A stretch of 15,565 nucleotides of DNA, from the NCBI GenBank assembly GCA_900548185.1, contig URJJ01000049.1:1-15565 (forward strand). Reading direction: 5' to 3'. The notes under the pieces were generated by a model, which ran no database searches, was not told the origin of the DNA, and saw only the letters and a program-made list of their open reading frames with translations. The position numbers were made by a program, and so were the translations under genes. Shown piece by piece: positions 15,517-15,565 of the stretch (the stretch's first letter is position 1; each line of letters starts with the position of its first letter). The DNA is from an uncultured Opitutales bacterium. Lineage in GTDB: Bacteria > Verrucomicrobiota > Verrucomicrobiia > Opitutales > Intestinicryptomonadaceae.

Positions 15517-15565
15517 CTGTCTCTTATACACATCTCCGAGCCCACGAGACCCTAAGACATCTCGT
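15517..15565. other. Illumina Nextera transposase adapter read-through (non-biological sequence)
   Basis: CTGTCTCTTATACACATCTCCGAGCCCACGAGAC (the 19-nt Tn5 mosaic end plus the i7-side adapter) lies at 15517-15550. It is followed by the 8-nt index CCTAAGAC (15551-15558) and ATCTCGT (the start of ATCTCGTATGCCGTCTTCTGCTTG) at 15559-15565. Confidence 0.97.

Noticed and set aside
1-15565. A search for CRISPR arrays, IS or transposon ends, integrases, phage genes, toxin-antitoxin pairs or defence-system genes.
   Set aside because: I saw no regularly spaced direct repeats, no terminal inverted repeats and no recombinase or nuclease-like ORFs. Every long ORF is accounted for by housekeeping or envelope functions. 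The only transposase-related sequence is the synthetic Tn5 mosaic end of the Nextera adapter.

Overview
This is a 15.6 kb, visibly high-GC stretch (my rough estimate is low-to-mid 60s % G+C) from a diderm bacterium. It looks like the end of a draft or metagenome contig. I can support 12 protein-coding genes and found no rRNA, tRNA, CRISPR array, transposase, integrase or phage gene. Layout: (i) the 3' part of an AmpG-family MFS permease on the + strand, running off the left edge. (ii) A 400 bp convergent non-coding spacer. (iii) Seven head-to-tail genes on the - strand with overlapping or nearly touching stops and starts: dsbD, lysA, ybgC-like thioesterase, TIGR03663/ArnT-like GT-C membrane protein, an 1181 aa AsmA-like protein, panB, and a small SET-domain methyltransferase. 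(iv) A roughly 100 bp AT-rich divergent promoter island. (v) The rod-shape operon mreB-mreC-mreD-mrdA (PBP2) on the + strand. Two technical points matter. The PBP2 gene is absent from the supplied ORF track because it never reaches a stop codon. The last 49 nt of the window are Illumina Nextera adapter plus index, fused in-frame to PBP2. I do not see a clear novel system such as a defence island, toxin-antitoxin pair or mobile element; this is mostly core cell-envelope housekeeping. The points most worth a second look are the SET-domain protein with a basic tail translationally coupled to panB, the coupled thioesterase / GT-C / AsmA-like trio as a possible envelope-lipid module, the unexplained 400 bp spacer, a triple TTGAC half-site arrangement in the mreB/dsbD control region, and a strong ATA-Ile codon preference that is odd for a GC-rich genome.
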